Assembly (NCBI GenBank): GCA_043228905.1
Contig: JBHGNT010000010.1
Location: forward strand, 19,716,001 to 19,780,000
Direction of reading: 5' to 3'
Length of the DNA: 64,000 nucleotides
Source of the DNA: Azolla caroliniana
Taxonomy: Eukaryota; Plantae; Polypodiophyta
The notes under the pieces are model-generated. The model searched no databases. It was not told the DNA's origin and was given only the letters and a program-made list of their open reading frames with translations. Positions 50,644 through 64,000 of the stretch are shown in pieces. Numbering within the stretch: the first letter of the stretch is position 1; each line of letters opens with the position of its first letter. The position numbers and the translations under genes are program-made.

Positions 50644-51573
50644 TTCCCAAACACATTTGACTTGATAGATGATATGTTTTAAGTTTTGCTATGCAATCAA
50701 ATTGTTTGAGCAAAAAACATGCACGAGTTCCTTGAGAGCGGAGGTTAAGTGAAGCACACAAAACTTCTTGTTATTTCTTGGGCCATTGTGAACTCGATGA
50801 AAGAGGGAAACGGGGATGGATATATCAAATGGTTGGTCACTCAAAGAAGAAGCAATCATTAGTGTAGCTAGGAATCAACAACAATTCAGTTTTGACTTAA
50901 TCAATTTGACCTAGTCCAAACCAAACTAGTTTGGTAGTTTCCAAACTCGAACTAAACAGGTTTATCCAAATTGATTAATCCTTAACTAGTTTAACTTGCA
51001 TATTCAAGGGTACTTACGAGGTTTTCAAATGTACACATAAAACATGCGCACAATGCTAATAAATGCATGTGATAGGGAAAAAACGTCCAGGGTATTTCGG
51101 AGATTCCCGTAGTTGTACGTAGATACGATGCATATACATATAGGAGGAGAAAAAAACTCAAGGTACGAGTATTTCAAACATATACATATACTGTATACAT
51201 TACACATATACATATGATACAAGTAAATAAATGTCGGGGGGTATTTTGGAGATTTTCAGAATGTATGTGTATGTATATACCATACATGCACGCAGTACAT
51301 GTAAATAATACAGAGGGGTGTTCGTAGAGGTTTTGAAAATGTACGTATCCCAGATATGTACATATATACGTAGGTACATACGGTATAGAAGGAAAAAAAG
51401 AGTGTAGTAAATAGTCGTAGACTGTATGTATACGTAGAGTTATATGTACATACATACATACATACATACATACATACATACAGTGTTGTATAGACAGACT
51501 AGAAGAGTAGTGGAAGAAAACCCTTCTCTTCCTTCTTCGCCTTCGCCTTCGCCTTCGCCTTCTTCTCCACGCC

Positions 51574-54500
51574 ATGAACGCGAGCACAGTTCGCGTTCTC
51601 AGCCGCTCTTCGACTCGCCTCTGCAGGTCGCCATGGCATCCTCAGGTAATTACTCTCCTCAATCCCTCCTTAGCCTCTCTCGAATATATATGCCTTTGAA
51701 GCTCTCGCTTAAACCTGCCGCGTTTCTCTGTCCGTCGTCTTCTTCCTTCCCCTTTGAGTTTGTACTCCCCTCCTTCCCTTCCCTCTTCGTTACGGGGCTC
51801 TCTATGCGATGTTAGAAAATGGAGCTTTCGACAGTTATTCCGTTTTTCCTATCTTCTTCGTGCTTAAAATCTTAAGCAATTATATGGTCAAATCGTCTTT
51901 AATGTCGAATGAGGGAATCTCGAAATGCCTTTAATGTGTCCTTAAGTTTGCTTAATCTGTTCTTCAATCTTCTCGTTGCCTCCATTGTGGTCTGATTATG
52001 TGATATCTGAAAAAAAGGTTCCTTTGACGGTATTCTTATTTTTAATCTTCCGTTCCTTTTGCATAGTTGTACAGACAAGGTCACCACCACCAGCCTCTCA
52101 TTCTAGTGCGGTACATGAGCCCTCAAGTGCGGCATATGGGATTCTTTCAGGAGTTTTACAAGCGATTGAAAGGCGAATTGGAAAAGTAAATAGAAATTTG
52201 AGCCCTTCATTTTTTCAACTTTTCCTTATTCTTTTGATTCGCGCTATCACTGAGTGATTATGATGCGTGGAAGTGTACTACTTTTTTTTTACCTTAGAAC
52301 TTGTGATTCTATTTCGTATTATGTTTTGCTTGTAAACTTTGATTGCTATGTTTTCATTTTTTTTCATTCCTTGCTTGTTTTCTGTGTGTTTATTTCATGC
52401 CTAAAGCTATTCACGTTGCTTATTTTATTTCTTGCCCTTATCTATCCAGAATTCATTTTTCTGTGTTATGGTTCCTGGAGCCTTATTTCTTTTGCTATAT
52501 TGTTTTATTTTATTTACTGCTTATACTTTGCGTGGAACAATTGTTCTCCTGTGCATCTTATTCATATTATGCACTAGCTTTAAATGGACCTTTTCATTTG
52601 CTTGTCTTATTTCATTGCGTGTGTTGCTCTATCCAGAATGTTTTATTGACTTATGTTGCTATTCCTTTTCCGGTTTCTGTTTTACATCATTTGCTTATTG
52701 CTTATTTTATTCTTCCTTTGTAATTTATGTCTTATTCCATTTCTTGATTTGCTCTGCACTTCTTTATTTCTCTTGGCTTTTTCTTATTTCTCTTGTATTG
52801 GTTTTTCCCTTCAGGAGTCCCGAATTGCAGAAATCAATAGAGGAGCTGAAGGAAAACTCGGGCAATTTAAAAACCAGGTAAGAAACCATATTCTTGTAAT
52901 ATAATCATAGGTAATGTACAAAATGTTGCCGGCTGCTCCATGGGTGCAGTATTTGAGAAAAACTAGCATGCCACAACTTAAAAGTATGAACTTAGATTCA
53001 CCTGTATATAAACTTCTGAACTGCTGTTTTGGAAAGTTGTATAAAACAACTTGGTGCAAATCTTGACACCTCGAAAATGGCTAATATAACTTGATTAGTG
53101 TAATAATAACAAAAAGCAACAGACAGCTGACTGAGTGTCAAATTTTGAGAGTAAAGATTTTGGATTTAGTATGATATAGAAAATCCATTTAAAATTGAAA
53201 TCTCCTACCATATTGCAAATTGCAATGAAAATAAATATTAGCATGAATATTTATTATATTTATTATGATGACTGTTATTTACAAGTTTAAACTTAATATT
53301 CTACCATTATTATATTCTGATCATACCCTCTTTAGTTAATTGATAGCGCTATCATTCCTTCACCCTTATATTTTACACATTCTGCTGAACTTCAATATTT
53401 TCCACAAAAGAATATTTTGCAGACGTGTTTGATTTCAATATTTTCCACAAAATATGATTTACCTTTGGACCTCAAATTGTAAGGGCTTATCAAATTGTCA
53501 AAATTCTTTTAAAAATTGGGAAGCCCCATGGGCTGCGGTTTCTTTCAAACATATCCCATGGGGCTGAAGCCCTGAACCCTGAAAACCTAAAGCCCTAGGT
53601 TAGGTTCACACATTCTGTGCTCAAATTAGCACGCGGAATTACACAGAAGAATGGCCTGACGTTGGAAGAGGTGGAACCATGGCGCATGCAGAACAAAGGA
53701 GACTACAGACTGGATGTTCAAGAACATGGAAAGGCTGCGTGAGGAAGCTCAAACAAAGGCTAGACAGGTAAACAAAGAAATCTGTCCTCTCTCCATCTTT
53801 GCTTTTGGTTCATGTTTTGTGCGTAAACTGAAACTTCTGAGATTCTTCAAAGGTTTCTGGTGTGGTGTTGGAGAAAGTTCAAGAAGCGAAACACAAAGTA
53901 GCAGGAGTGATGCCATCGAAAGAAAAAGAAAAGGAAGAAAAAGTTGCGGAAACTGCATCTGAGGTACAATATACTGTTTAATATTGTGGGGTATGTGAAT
54001 GGGTTTCCATTTTTCTGAGGAGTAGAAGTAAATCAAATTTAGGTGAAAAAACCCATGCACCTTAAAGACGACAATGAGCAAGAGCATGAGGAAAGGGGAA
54101 AGGACAGTAGCAGATCAAATGCAGATGCTTCAGGATTAGGGACTGAAGGAAGATATTCAAAAACTGATGCAAAAAAATCCAGTAGCTTTGCTAATGCTTT
54201 CAGTACACTACCCTCATCGACATCATTCTTGTTTAATAGAATGAGAGGAACAAAGGTTGTTGATTTAATTAAGCAAGGATATGATGTGATAAGTGAGGAA
54301 TTAAAGGCCACATCATCAAAAAGAATGAAGGAAAAGGCAAAAGCCAAAGCGGCAAAGTTTTATGAAACATCTACTGCACCAAGAAGTAGTTGCACAGATT
54401 TAGTTCCTGTTGTGAAGAAGCAATCTGCATGGGAAAAACGGTGGGACTTTTTTAAATCAAAGGTGAGGCTTCACACATTCATTTGGGTACCGCTATAGCA

Positions 54501-56133
54501 ATCTTGATGCTACAGATAGTACTTATCTAAATTCATTATGCTTTGCTAGGCTGAAACAAACCGAGTATACAAGAGGTTCAAAGGAGTTAAGAAACATCCT
54601 TTAGTAGTGAAAGGGCAGGAGGTAATACGATTTGACTCCGTAAAACTGTCTGCAATGCCAAACAGTGAATCTTTATGCCATACATTACTAAATGATCAGT
54701 CAATGTGGTTTTATTAATAGATTGCTGAAGATATGCGTGAGAGATGGGAGACTAGTGACAATCCGATGGTTCATAGAATACAAGAGTAAGAATTTTCAAC
54801 ATCCAGATGCATAGGAACATTCTTACGTGTTTTTGCTAATTTTTTTGTGGTTTGGATCAGCCTAAATGAATCACTGTTCGGTGAAACGGCAACAGCTATG
54901 GCACTAAAAGAAATTCGAAAGAGAGATTTGTTAGTTTTTCTATCTTGATATTACCATAGTCTATTAAGTTTTCTATTGGTTATCTTTGTTAAGTCAAATG
55001 TATTGTCTAAAGTATTTGTTTCCCATCATTGGCAGTACATTTACTTTCCCTGATTTTCTAGCTGAAGTTCAGGAGAATGCTCGTGATGTTCTCCGCGCTT
55101 ACCTGAAGGTACAACATAATTAGCTATTCGGCAGTGACATCTAATACAGTCTCTAATATATTAAAAATCAGGGGGATATTGAAGAGCTTCAGAAAAGGTG
55201 TACACGAGAAGTCATTGATCGGTGCAGAGCTGAACGAAGGGCATATGAATCTCAAGGAATCTTTTTTGACAATAAGGTAAAGTCTGTTTGTTTGGTTTGT
55301 AATGTTGTGAGTCTCTGATAATTGAAGTATTGCAATTTAAAATGCACTTCACCTTTGTTGAATGAAAGCTTATAGTTGATAATGACGATACAAGAATTTC
55401 AAATGTATTTCACCCTTTATATGTGATGCAAGCTTATAGTTGATATTCATTAATGTTACAAGACAATATGTTTCAGTTTCTTATGATTGCTAAGAGATGT
55501 TATCTGGTTTAATTATTTCTTTAATTTTTCTTGCAGATACTCCACATTTCTGATATTGAGTTGAGAGACACGAAACTAATGGGTAATGTGCCCATTATTA
55601 TTGTCACGGTAACAACCTTATAACTGGCCATCTTTGTCCTAAGAGTATATTTTGTTTGTATGGTTATCGGCTTTTGCAACACCTTGGATTTTAATGTGAA
55701 TTTCCATGGGAAATGTGAATTTCCAGTTCCAGACCCAGCAGGTGTTCTGTGTGCGGGACAAACATGGAAAGATAACACAAGGTGCTAAGGTTAGTTTCAA
55801 AATTTTAGGTCTTAAAATACACAGAGGTAGCATATCATGAGTTGCGGGATCTGGAGAGGTAGCATATCATAATTTTTGCGATTCTGATATAAATGCCAAG
55901 ATAGCATATCAATAACTCATTTCTTTTACCATTATTGAATTATTTTGTTCTTGGGCATTATATTTGAAGACAGTGTATCATAATGGTCTACTGTTGTCCA
56001 GGATGATATCCTTACCGTCCATTATGCGTGGGCAATGCAACAAGTGGGTCCCGAGGAAATGGATGAAGATGAGATATTTCCACAGTGGCAACTTCGGGAA
56101 ATGCAGCAGTTGGGTGTGCGGGCGATAATCTAA
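51574..56133 (+). CDS. TIM44: Mitochondrial import inner membrane translocase subunit TIM44, ~503 aa, 14 exons: 51574-51645, 52067-52185, 52815-52877, 53692-53767, 53853-53963, 54043-54462, 54550-54621, 54721-54785, 54861-54929, 55036-55108, 55172-55276, 55537-55608, 55727-55789, 56002-56133
   Basis: Arg/Ser-rich presequence; KGQEIAEDMRERWETSDNP, FGETA..LKEIR, FTFPDF, FFDNKILHIS, FQTQQVFCVRD, YAWAMQQ, WQLREMQQ; GT-AG junctions in frame. Confidence 0.93.
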
Positions 56134-58362
56134 ACAATAATTTTTAAGATAAAAAGGTTAGAGAAAACAAATTTTGTTGAAGGGGTAGGTTCTTGAGAAG
56201 GTTATTCAATGCCAATGAAGGCAGTCTTAGTTTATTTCGAACTTACCCTACCCATGTATATTTCTGACTATAGAAAAGATCTCAAGGTGAATTGTTAAGA
56301 GACATTTGACCATTATTTTGTTGGAAAGTATCAGAAATTTCATTGTGGAACTATTACATAGATTTCATGGAGCTATTTTGTAGATTTCATGGAGCTATTT
56401 TGCACTCCATTTCATGAAATTGTGAGGCATTGGTCATTCTTTATATCTAGACATTACATGAAGTTATGTAAGATTTTATGAACCATTTTTGACCCTATCA
56501 TGTGTGAATGCGGTGTTTTGCATTTATGTTCAACTCCAGCTTTGCCTCTTGTACATTGCCTGTAGGAAACTCCAACTTTGGAGTGTATAAGGTCTTGTTG
56601 ATAGGATACCTCATTAAATTTATTTGTTCTTAAAAGTTCTGGGAAATTATAAAGACTATTTGCCTCAATTGGGAAAACACTGTCTGCTCAACAGAGAATT
56701 GAAACGAGGAATTGTTGTTGATGGTGCCATGCAAACATGTGAACAAAATCTTTGGAGCCTGCTAATCTGTAAGCATTTGTAAGAGTAAGAGGAGGTCAAA
56801 GCAATGGTAAGTGCCAACGATAATACACTCTTTTATATCTTGGTTTTTTCAACCTAATCAGTTGCCCACTGAGATTGTTACAAAGCATGTGAATTGGCTA
56901 TCTTGCTAAAAAAACCATTAAGTTATCATTTCATGATACCTGAATTCATCCTAATTTTTCAATCAGTTGCTCTTGTGAGGTCATCAACAAGTAACTGTAT
57001 CTAAGTTGGCGTTTTGTGGAATAGCATTAGGCTAGTATATATTTGTCATAGTATCTGTTTATTCTATCTTTCATGCTAGTCTATAGAAGGGAACACTCAT
57101 GTTTGATACAAAATGATGAATCTCTTATTTTGGTCAGTGACCTTAAATGGGCCAATAATATTGAATGGCGTTGAACAATCCACAAACCAATACATACCGG
57201 AAATAAACTTGATTTGAACATACAACAATTATGGAACATTACTCTGCTTGCTTGTCTCAAATTCCGTTTACCTTATTGCACATATTTGCTGAGCTAAATG
57301 CATAGGTTATTGTTTCAAGTCTAGAGAATATTCCTCTCATTGTAGCATTGTACAAGCCCTCCACTCATGACTATAATGACTAATTTCTTAATGGCTATAA
57401 ACCAAACATCATGTAGACGAATTCATGGCCATCTAGATTGGAATTTTAATGCCCAATTCTCAATGCATTTTATAAGTATTTGTTGCTAGTTCTTTATGTG
57501 TTCATATCAAGGACTTTATGGCTCTTCAACAATAACTTCACTTATGATCAATCAAAATGATATGGGAAGCAACTCGATTTCAAGATACAATATAAGCTTG
57601 TTGGTAAATATCTATAAATTGAAGTTGTTTCCTATAATTGTAGTATCAACTAAAAATATAAATCCATGATGTGTTAATATGCATAAAAGAGGACCATACA
57701 TTGCACAAAAGTTTGATGGATAGATGTGAGTAGATACAATACAAGTTAGGAGTGTGTGCCTGAGGTTCCTGCATGTGACTATTTTTATAATAGCACACTT
57801 AAGAGTCATATTGAAGAGGAAAGCACTAATGCGTGACCTTCATAACACATTCAAGAGTGATGCAACACTATACAAGTCAAGAGTGTGTAATAGAGGAGCC
57901 TATAGGTGACCTTTATATCACACTCGAAAGCGATAAGAATGATATGACACGAGAGCCGAAAGTGCATGTAAAAAGACAGAGGAAGATATTGCCACTTTGC
58001 ATATGTTTATATAAAACACTCCAAAATGATGTGGTACATGTTGTGTTGAGGGTGTGTACATGCAATAGAGGAACTTGCTAATAGGGTTGTCCTACCTTAT
58101 ATAACACAATTGAGGGTTGGAAGGATGTTGACGATACAAGCATCAAAAGGTATGAGACAAGTCTAGAATTGAATGATGAGATATGGGACAAGCCGTCAAG
58201 ATTCAAATCTAGAAATTGATGAGAAGACAAAAGACACTACATGGATGTAGATGAGTTGGTAAGGTTCCCCAATGGAGGCCAAATGCTCATGGGTTCAACC
58301 CCTATATTCCACGGTGGCAACTAGTGAATTAGAGAAAATACTAAGCCAATATATTTGGATGC

Positions 58363-58503
58363 AGCAACATCAAGAAGAGTTGGTAGCCTATCAACTTTAC
58401 TAGTTTTTAGTTACTTGCTATATCTTGTAAGAGTTGGTAGCAGCATCAAGAAGAGTTGGTAGCCTATCAACTTTACTAGTTTTTAGTTTCTTGATATATC
58501 TTG
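58363..58503. repeat. ~77-bp tandem duplication
   Basis: CATCAAGAAGAGTTGGTAGCCTATCAACTTTACTAGTTTTTAGTT occurs twice. Confidence 0.8.
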
Positions 58504-59116
58504 ATTCTTGAGGCTTCTTGATATTGCAATTCAACAGGTTAAATCATGCATTTTTGAATCGATTGTTTGCAACAAATCAATCCACCATCCATTCGAGGCC
58601 ACAAATAAATAAGTGTATAAATAAATCAGTCTTAATTCCTTGGCCCTAAGACCTACATTATAATAATAATTATGTATAACTTTGACTCTAAGTACATCAT
58701 CATAATAAGTGTTCTATGGTGAAGTAAGATATTTTAGCAGAAGCTAAGTCTAGAGGGTAAGTTATGAGCATTACATTTACATATTATGCATAACTTCCAT
58801 ACCTAGGTTTAGTAGGGTTTATGATATTAGCCCTAATAGTTAAGTATAACATTACTTATCTTCCATACCCTGAAATCGGAGTTTCATAAATTTTCGATAC
58901 AACTAGGAGATGTAGAGATGGCCTTTTTCTTCTTATATGCAAAGAAGTGGGCTCAGTGTTGGAGTTTGAGATTGTCAGTGCGGAAACAAGAACAACATCT
59001 GTGTTAAGAAGATCACCAAGTTAACATGTTAAAGCAAGATCAAGGAGACAGAATGTGTGAGAGAGACAAAAAGGCACACAATGTAACAATCTTATTCCCA
59101 AAAATTACAATAGAAG

Positions 59117-62100
59117 CGTAAAGAATCGATGGTGATTCTTGTGCAGCGGAATAGACTAGAGATATGTGTTGTGAGTGTGTGTGTGTATGAGAGAGAGAGA
59201 GAGAGAGAGAAACACAAGATAGATTTTTTAACAACAATAAAATACTCAAGAAGTTGTATATTACAAAGGAGATTAATCGACCTTATTACAAAGTAGGAGG
59301 AGAGTGCTTTATATAGTCACTCTCTCTCTTCATTAACTACCGAAGCTCATGGGTCATGGGGAATATGAAAACTCATTAGTTATGTGTCATAGAATATAAT
59401 TCTATGACACAATGTAGTTAATGTGTAGACAAGAGTGGTGACTTTTGACCTTTGAGTGCACACTCTCAAGGGTGTGTTCACACATTAGACTAGGTTGAGC
59501 TTGATTCTCAACATATCCCCTCAAGCTCAACTTTGATTGGCTACTTCGGTTGATGTCCACTTCGGCTCGTATCCGGTTTGGACGGTATCCGGTTTTCGCT
59601 TATACTCCCCCTCAAGCTTGGCAAGTCAGGGACCATCAATCCAAGGTTCTCGGCTCTTAGGGCTTTGGTAAAGATGTCGACTGTCTGAAGATTCGTAGTG
59701 ATATGTTGTAGGTCGACATCGCCAGCCTAAACACGCTCTCGAATGAAGTGATAGTGCACTTCGATATGCTTCGTGCGTGCGTGGAACACCGGGTTCCGAG
59801 CCAGATAAATACTGCTCATGTTGTTGCAGTAAAGGAGAATCAGATCTTTGATGGGAATGCCCAAATCCTTTAATATCCTCTTGAGCCATACGACTTCACA
59901 TGCAACCACCTCCACGCCCTTGTATTCGGCCTCTGTGCTCGAAAGAGTGACAGTTGGTTGCTTCTTGCTACTCTAGGAGATGGCTCCACTTCCGAGGGAG
60001 AAGATGAAACCAGAGGTTGATTCGGTCGACATCTATGTACCCCTCGAGTTGAATTGGCGTAGCCGACTTATAGAGAATGCCATAGTCCATCGTTCCGGTC
60101 ACGTATCGTAGCACTCTCTTAGCACAATGCAAATGGATATCTCGTGGCGTTTGCATAAACTGGCTAAGAAGGCCGACCGAATAGCTCACGTTTGGTCGAG
60201 TGATTGTGAGGTAGATAAGACTACCGATCAGTTGTCGATACTGAGTCGGCTCGCACTCTGTGGTGCCAGAAGTGGCATCTAGTTTGAGGTTTCGGTCGAG
60301 AGGTGTTGCCACAGACTTGCACTCAGTCATCTTGAACTTGTATAACAAGTTGAGAATGTAGTGCCGTTGGGAGATCATAATCCCGGCTGGAGTCCGAATT
60401 ACCTCGATGCCAAGGAAGTAGTGGAGCTCTTTCATGTCCGTCATCTCGAATTTGTTGGAAAGGAGGGATTTGACCTTGTTGATGTCGACTAGATGCTCAC
60501 CTCCAATGACCAGATCATCCACGTATAGGATGATGACGATTAAACTTTCGGAATCGCTTCTTACATAGAGAGAATTGTCGGATTTTGACATTCGGAAACC
60601 GATTCGATGAAGATATTGTGTTATCTTCGAGTGCCAAGCACGTGGTGCTTGCTTAAGGCCGTAGAGAGGCTTCTTGAGTTGGCAAATGGCTTTTGGATGA
60701 ATGTTGGATTCGAAGCCGGGTGGTTGTATCATGTACACCTCCTCTTCTAATTCACCTTGACGAAAGGCGTTCTTGATGTCCATCTGGTGGAGGTGCCACC
60801 CTTTCGCCGCTGCAAGTGCGATCACGGTCCGCACAGTCGTCATCTTTGCCACCGGGGCAAAGGTCTCTTCATAATCGACTCCATGTGTTTGTGTGTAGCC
60901 CTTTGCCACGAGTCGAGCTTTGTAGCAGTTGACGGAACCGTCGGCATTGTACTTCACTTTGTATATCCATCTGCAGCCGATTGCCTTCTTTTGGTGTGAG
61001 TGTGGGACAAGATCCCATGTCTCATTCTTGCTGAGAGCTTGCATCTCCTCGTTCATCGCATCGACCCATTGCATATCTTTAACGGCTTCAACAAAGCTCT
61101 CCGGTTCTCGAACTGTTGCCACCTTCATCATAAAGGCATAGTGGTATGCCATATAGTTGTTGTAGCCGAATCGGCTAACCAGATTCTTCTCTTGGAGAGT
61201 GATGGAGTTTCTCATTTGCCGATGTGACTGCTTTCTCAACTCTGGGTGACCTCGTAAGAGACACATCAAAGCCATCGAACTCACTATCGAGCGGATGAGT
61301 TGATTTGTTGCCGTCGAAGTGATCGTCTTCATATTCCGGCATTTTGGCCTTCCCTTTGTCCATCTTTGGACTTGGTCGAGATGTGCTTTGGTTGCTCGGA
61401 GGCTCTTGTGGTCCGCTCAATCTGGTTGAGGTTGGACTCTCTTCGAGTATTGACCTTAGTTGATCATCGTCTTCTGTGTTGTCGAGGTCATTCGTAGATG
61501 GTTTGGGAGGAGTCGGCTTGGGTTTGTACCATGATGTCAATTTGTCAAAGACGACATCCCGACTTACACAAGTCTTCTGAGTAGAGGGGATGAAGCACTT
61601 GTACCCCTTTTGCTCCAGTGAGTACCCCATGAGGATGCGCTGAATCTCTGATTTTGGGTCAAGCTTCTGCCGCTCCTCATCGGGAATGTGCACGTATGCA
61701 ATGGAGCCTAATATCCTTACATGGGATATATCTGGCTTCTTCCCATAGTATTTCTCGTGCGGGGTGACCTCGTGCACTCCGGATGTTGTGCACCGGTATT
61801 TGCAGCTTCTGCCCAATATGACTTGGGCATATGCTTCTCATTTAGCATAGCCCTTGCTACTTCGAGGATGTGCCGATTCTTGCGTTTGGCTACACCGTTC
61901 TGTTGCGGTGTGTGTCGGCAAGTGAATTCTCGATGAATTCCTTCTTGTCGAAGGTATGCCGTGAACACATCGGAGAAGTATTCCTTTCCTCCATCCGACC
62001 GAAGACATCGTACATGGCAACCAGTTGTCTTTTCGACTTCGCTTTTGAATTTTTGGAAGTGTGTAAACACTTCGCTCTTCATCCTCATGGGAAAGATCCA

Positions 62101-64000
62101 TGTGTATCTAGAGAAGTCGTCGATGAAGGTAACATAGTACCGACATCCTTCGAATGTGGCCGTCTGTGCCGGGTCCCATACATCCGAGTGGACTATGTCC
62201 AATAGGCCTTTGGTCACGTTCCTCTCCTTCGGGAACAAGTGTCGATGTTGCTTGCCGAATTGGCATGCTTCACATACTCCTTGAATCTCTTTCTGTTTGA
62301 AGGTCGGGAGCCCAATGAAGACTCCTTTTGATTGCATTGCCTTGAGTTTGTTGAGATTGATATGGCCGATTCTTTTATGCCATAGCTCTATGTCGGTGTC
62401 GGGTTTGAGGCCCTTTGCAAACATGGCCGATTTTACCTCGTTCGCTTTGAGGATAAACATTCGGCCTTCCTTTCGACCACGAGCAATTAGTCGACCTTCC
62501 TTCTCGATGAAACAACCTCCTTGATTGAATCGAACTTGCATCCCTTGCTCCACAATTTGGCCGACCGAGACCAAATTCTTCGTTATGGTGGGTACATGTA
62601 AGACATTTTTTATGCAAGTTTGTTCACCTTCTTTCCCGAATGGGACATTGCCGACATGCCGAATTGGATGAGTGGTGTTGTCTCCGGTCTCAACATAACC
62701 GGGTCAATCCGGCTCTCGAAGGTCTTTGAACCATTCTGGATGGGACGTCATATGGTTCAAAGCACCGGAGTTGACGAACCATACATCTTCCGGATTGGAG
62801 GCATTAATCGAAGTAGAGGCCAACATAGAATTTTCTCTATGTCTCATTACAAACATTCCACCATGATCTTCATAGTAGGAGTTGGTGGCGTAATTGGTGA
62901 GTTGTCGGCTTGTGGAAGCCGACTCACGCTTCTTCTTTCGACACTCTTCTTCATGGTGGCCGATTTTTTCGCAATAACTGCATTCGATCGAGGTTTGTTG
63001 GCTCGGACCGGAATGGAAGCTCCCCCTTCTTCTGAGGGTTCCTCGATGGCTTCCATTTTGTTGCCGAAATTGGGAGTTGTTGTCAGAAGTTGGACCTCGT
63101 CCGCCTCGTCCTTGGCCGAATCAGCCTCTTGCTCGGCTGCGTCCTCTTCCTCCATTCGAATGTGTGTAGAGCATGTGGCCTTTTGAGGTGTTGCTCCCTG
63201 TTCGAACATGGTTTTCTTCAACCAACAACATGGATCATTGAAGATCGAAGAAAGAGGGAGGATTCTCCCTTGCTAGGACATCGATTCTCATTGCGCCGAA
63301 CCGTGGTGCAAGGCCGCCGAGGCATATTTGCATCATCTTATCATCATCCACATTGATGCTTATTGAGCCGAGCGAGTCACAAAGCTCCTTGATCCTCAAG
63401 GTGTAGCTTGTGATGGACATGTCCCGTTGTTGGATGTTGTTCAACTCTTGGTGGAGTTGAAGATTTCGTGCCGTTGTATTGGCGGTGAATATCTTCCTTA
63501 GATTCTCCCATGCTTCCTTTGGCGTCGTGGCTTCTCGAATGTAGCCGAGCATGTGATCATGAACACATGTCGCCAAGAAATACATTACTCGACTCGCCGC
63601 TTGTTCCCATGTTGAGTAGTCAGCGTCCTTTGGGTCGGGTCGATTTTCTTGTGCTCCTTTGATGTAGCCCCAATAACCTTGACTAATAAGGTATTGGTGC
63701 ATCTTGTATTCCCAAGATGCGAAGTTGTTTCGGTCCAACTTCTCGTTAGGGAGAGCGTTCCCCATTTGAGTATTCATGTTATTCGATGTAGATTTTATTC
63801 TTCTTCTTCTCTCTTGAATACGAGCTATGTAGCTGCACTACGATAGTGATGAGCCAGTTCTTCTTGAACGTCGGCGTGGAGCACAACACACGCGGATGGG
63901 CTAGATCGAGCTACCAAACCGCTCTAACACCACGTAAAGAATCGATGGTGATTCTTGTGCAACGGAATAGACTAGAGATATGTGTTGTGAGTGTGTGTGT
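59117..64000 (-). mobile_element. Ty1/copia element H (same family as C and G), all domains present but frameshifted; 5' LTR cut by the window end
   Basis: 3' LTR 59117-59513, 5' LTR from 63933; degenerate PBS 63921-63932; gag 63777, WFVNSGA, integrase SDGGKEY, RT YVDD, RNase H. Confidence 0.92.

Noticed and set aside
53568-53600. Telomere-like CCCTGAA/CCTAAA units in TIM44 intron 3
   Set aside because: Only about 4 degenerate units; too short to call an interstitial telomere.

Overview
Land-plant nuclear DNA that is TE-rich with spliceosomal introns; a fern-like origin is my inference only. About 33 kb (~1.8-35.2 kb) is a multi-level retrotransposon nest. A decayed L1-type LINE (- strand) is interrupted by three insertions. 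(i) A tRNA-Trp-primed Ty3/gypsy element (2681-20892) holds a near-intact Ty1/copia A (6584-17277, TSD TGAAT), which in turn holds a very young copia B (11253-16564, TSD CCAGT). (ii) A deleted copia C (21622-32321) carries two solo LTRs and copia F. (iii) A solo LTR sits at 33525-34107. Flanking the nest head-to-head are an LRR-III-type receptor kinase lacking LRRs ((Ser-Pro)15 ectodomain, 627-1485, -) and an LRR-III-type ectodomain lacking a kinase (37828-38718, +). Further right are a 4-exon UEV1/MMZ gene (-), copia G, a 14-exon TIM44 gene (+) and copia H, cut by the window end. The most notable observations are: the complementary 'split' receptor pair; a frame-conserved Pol C-terminal tail between two PPTs in copia C/G/H; a -1 frameshift signal after the gypsy protease; a 160-bp TGT..ACA foldback element with a 5-bp TSD; and an RT-dead copia with identical LTRs. 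All coordinates were read by eye.
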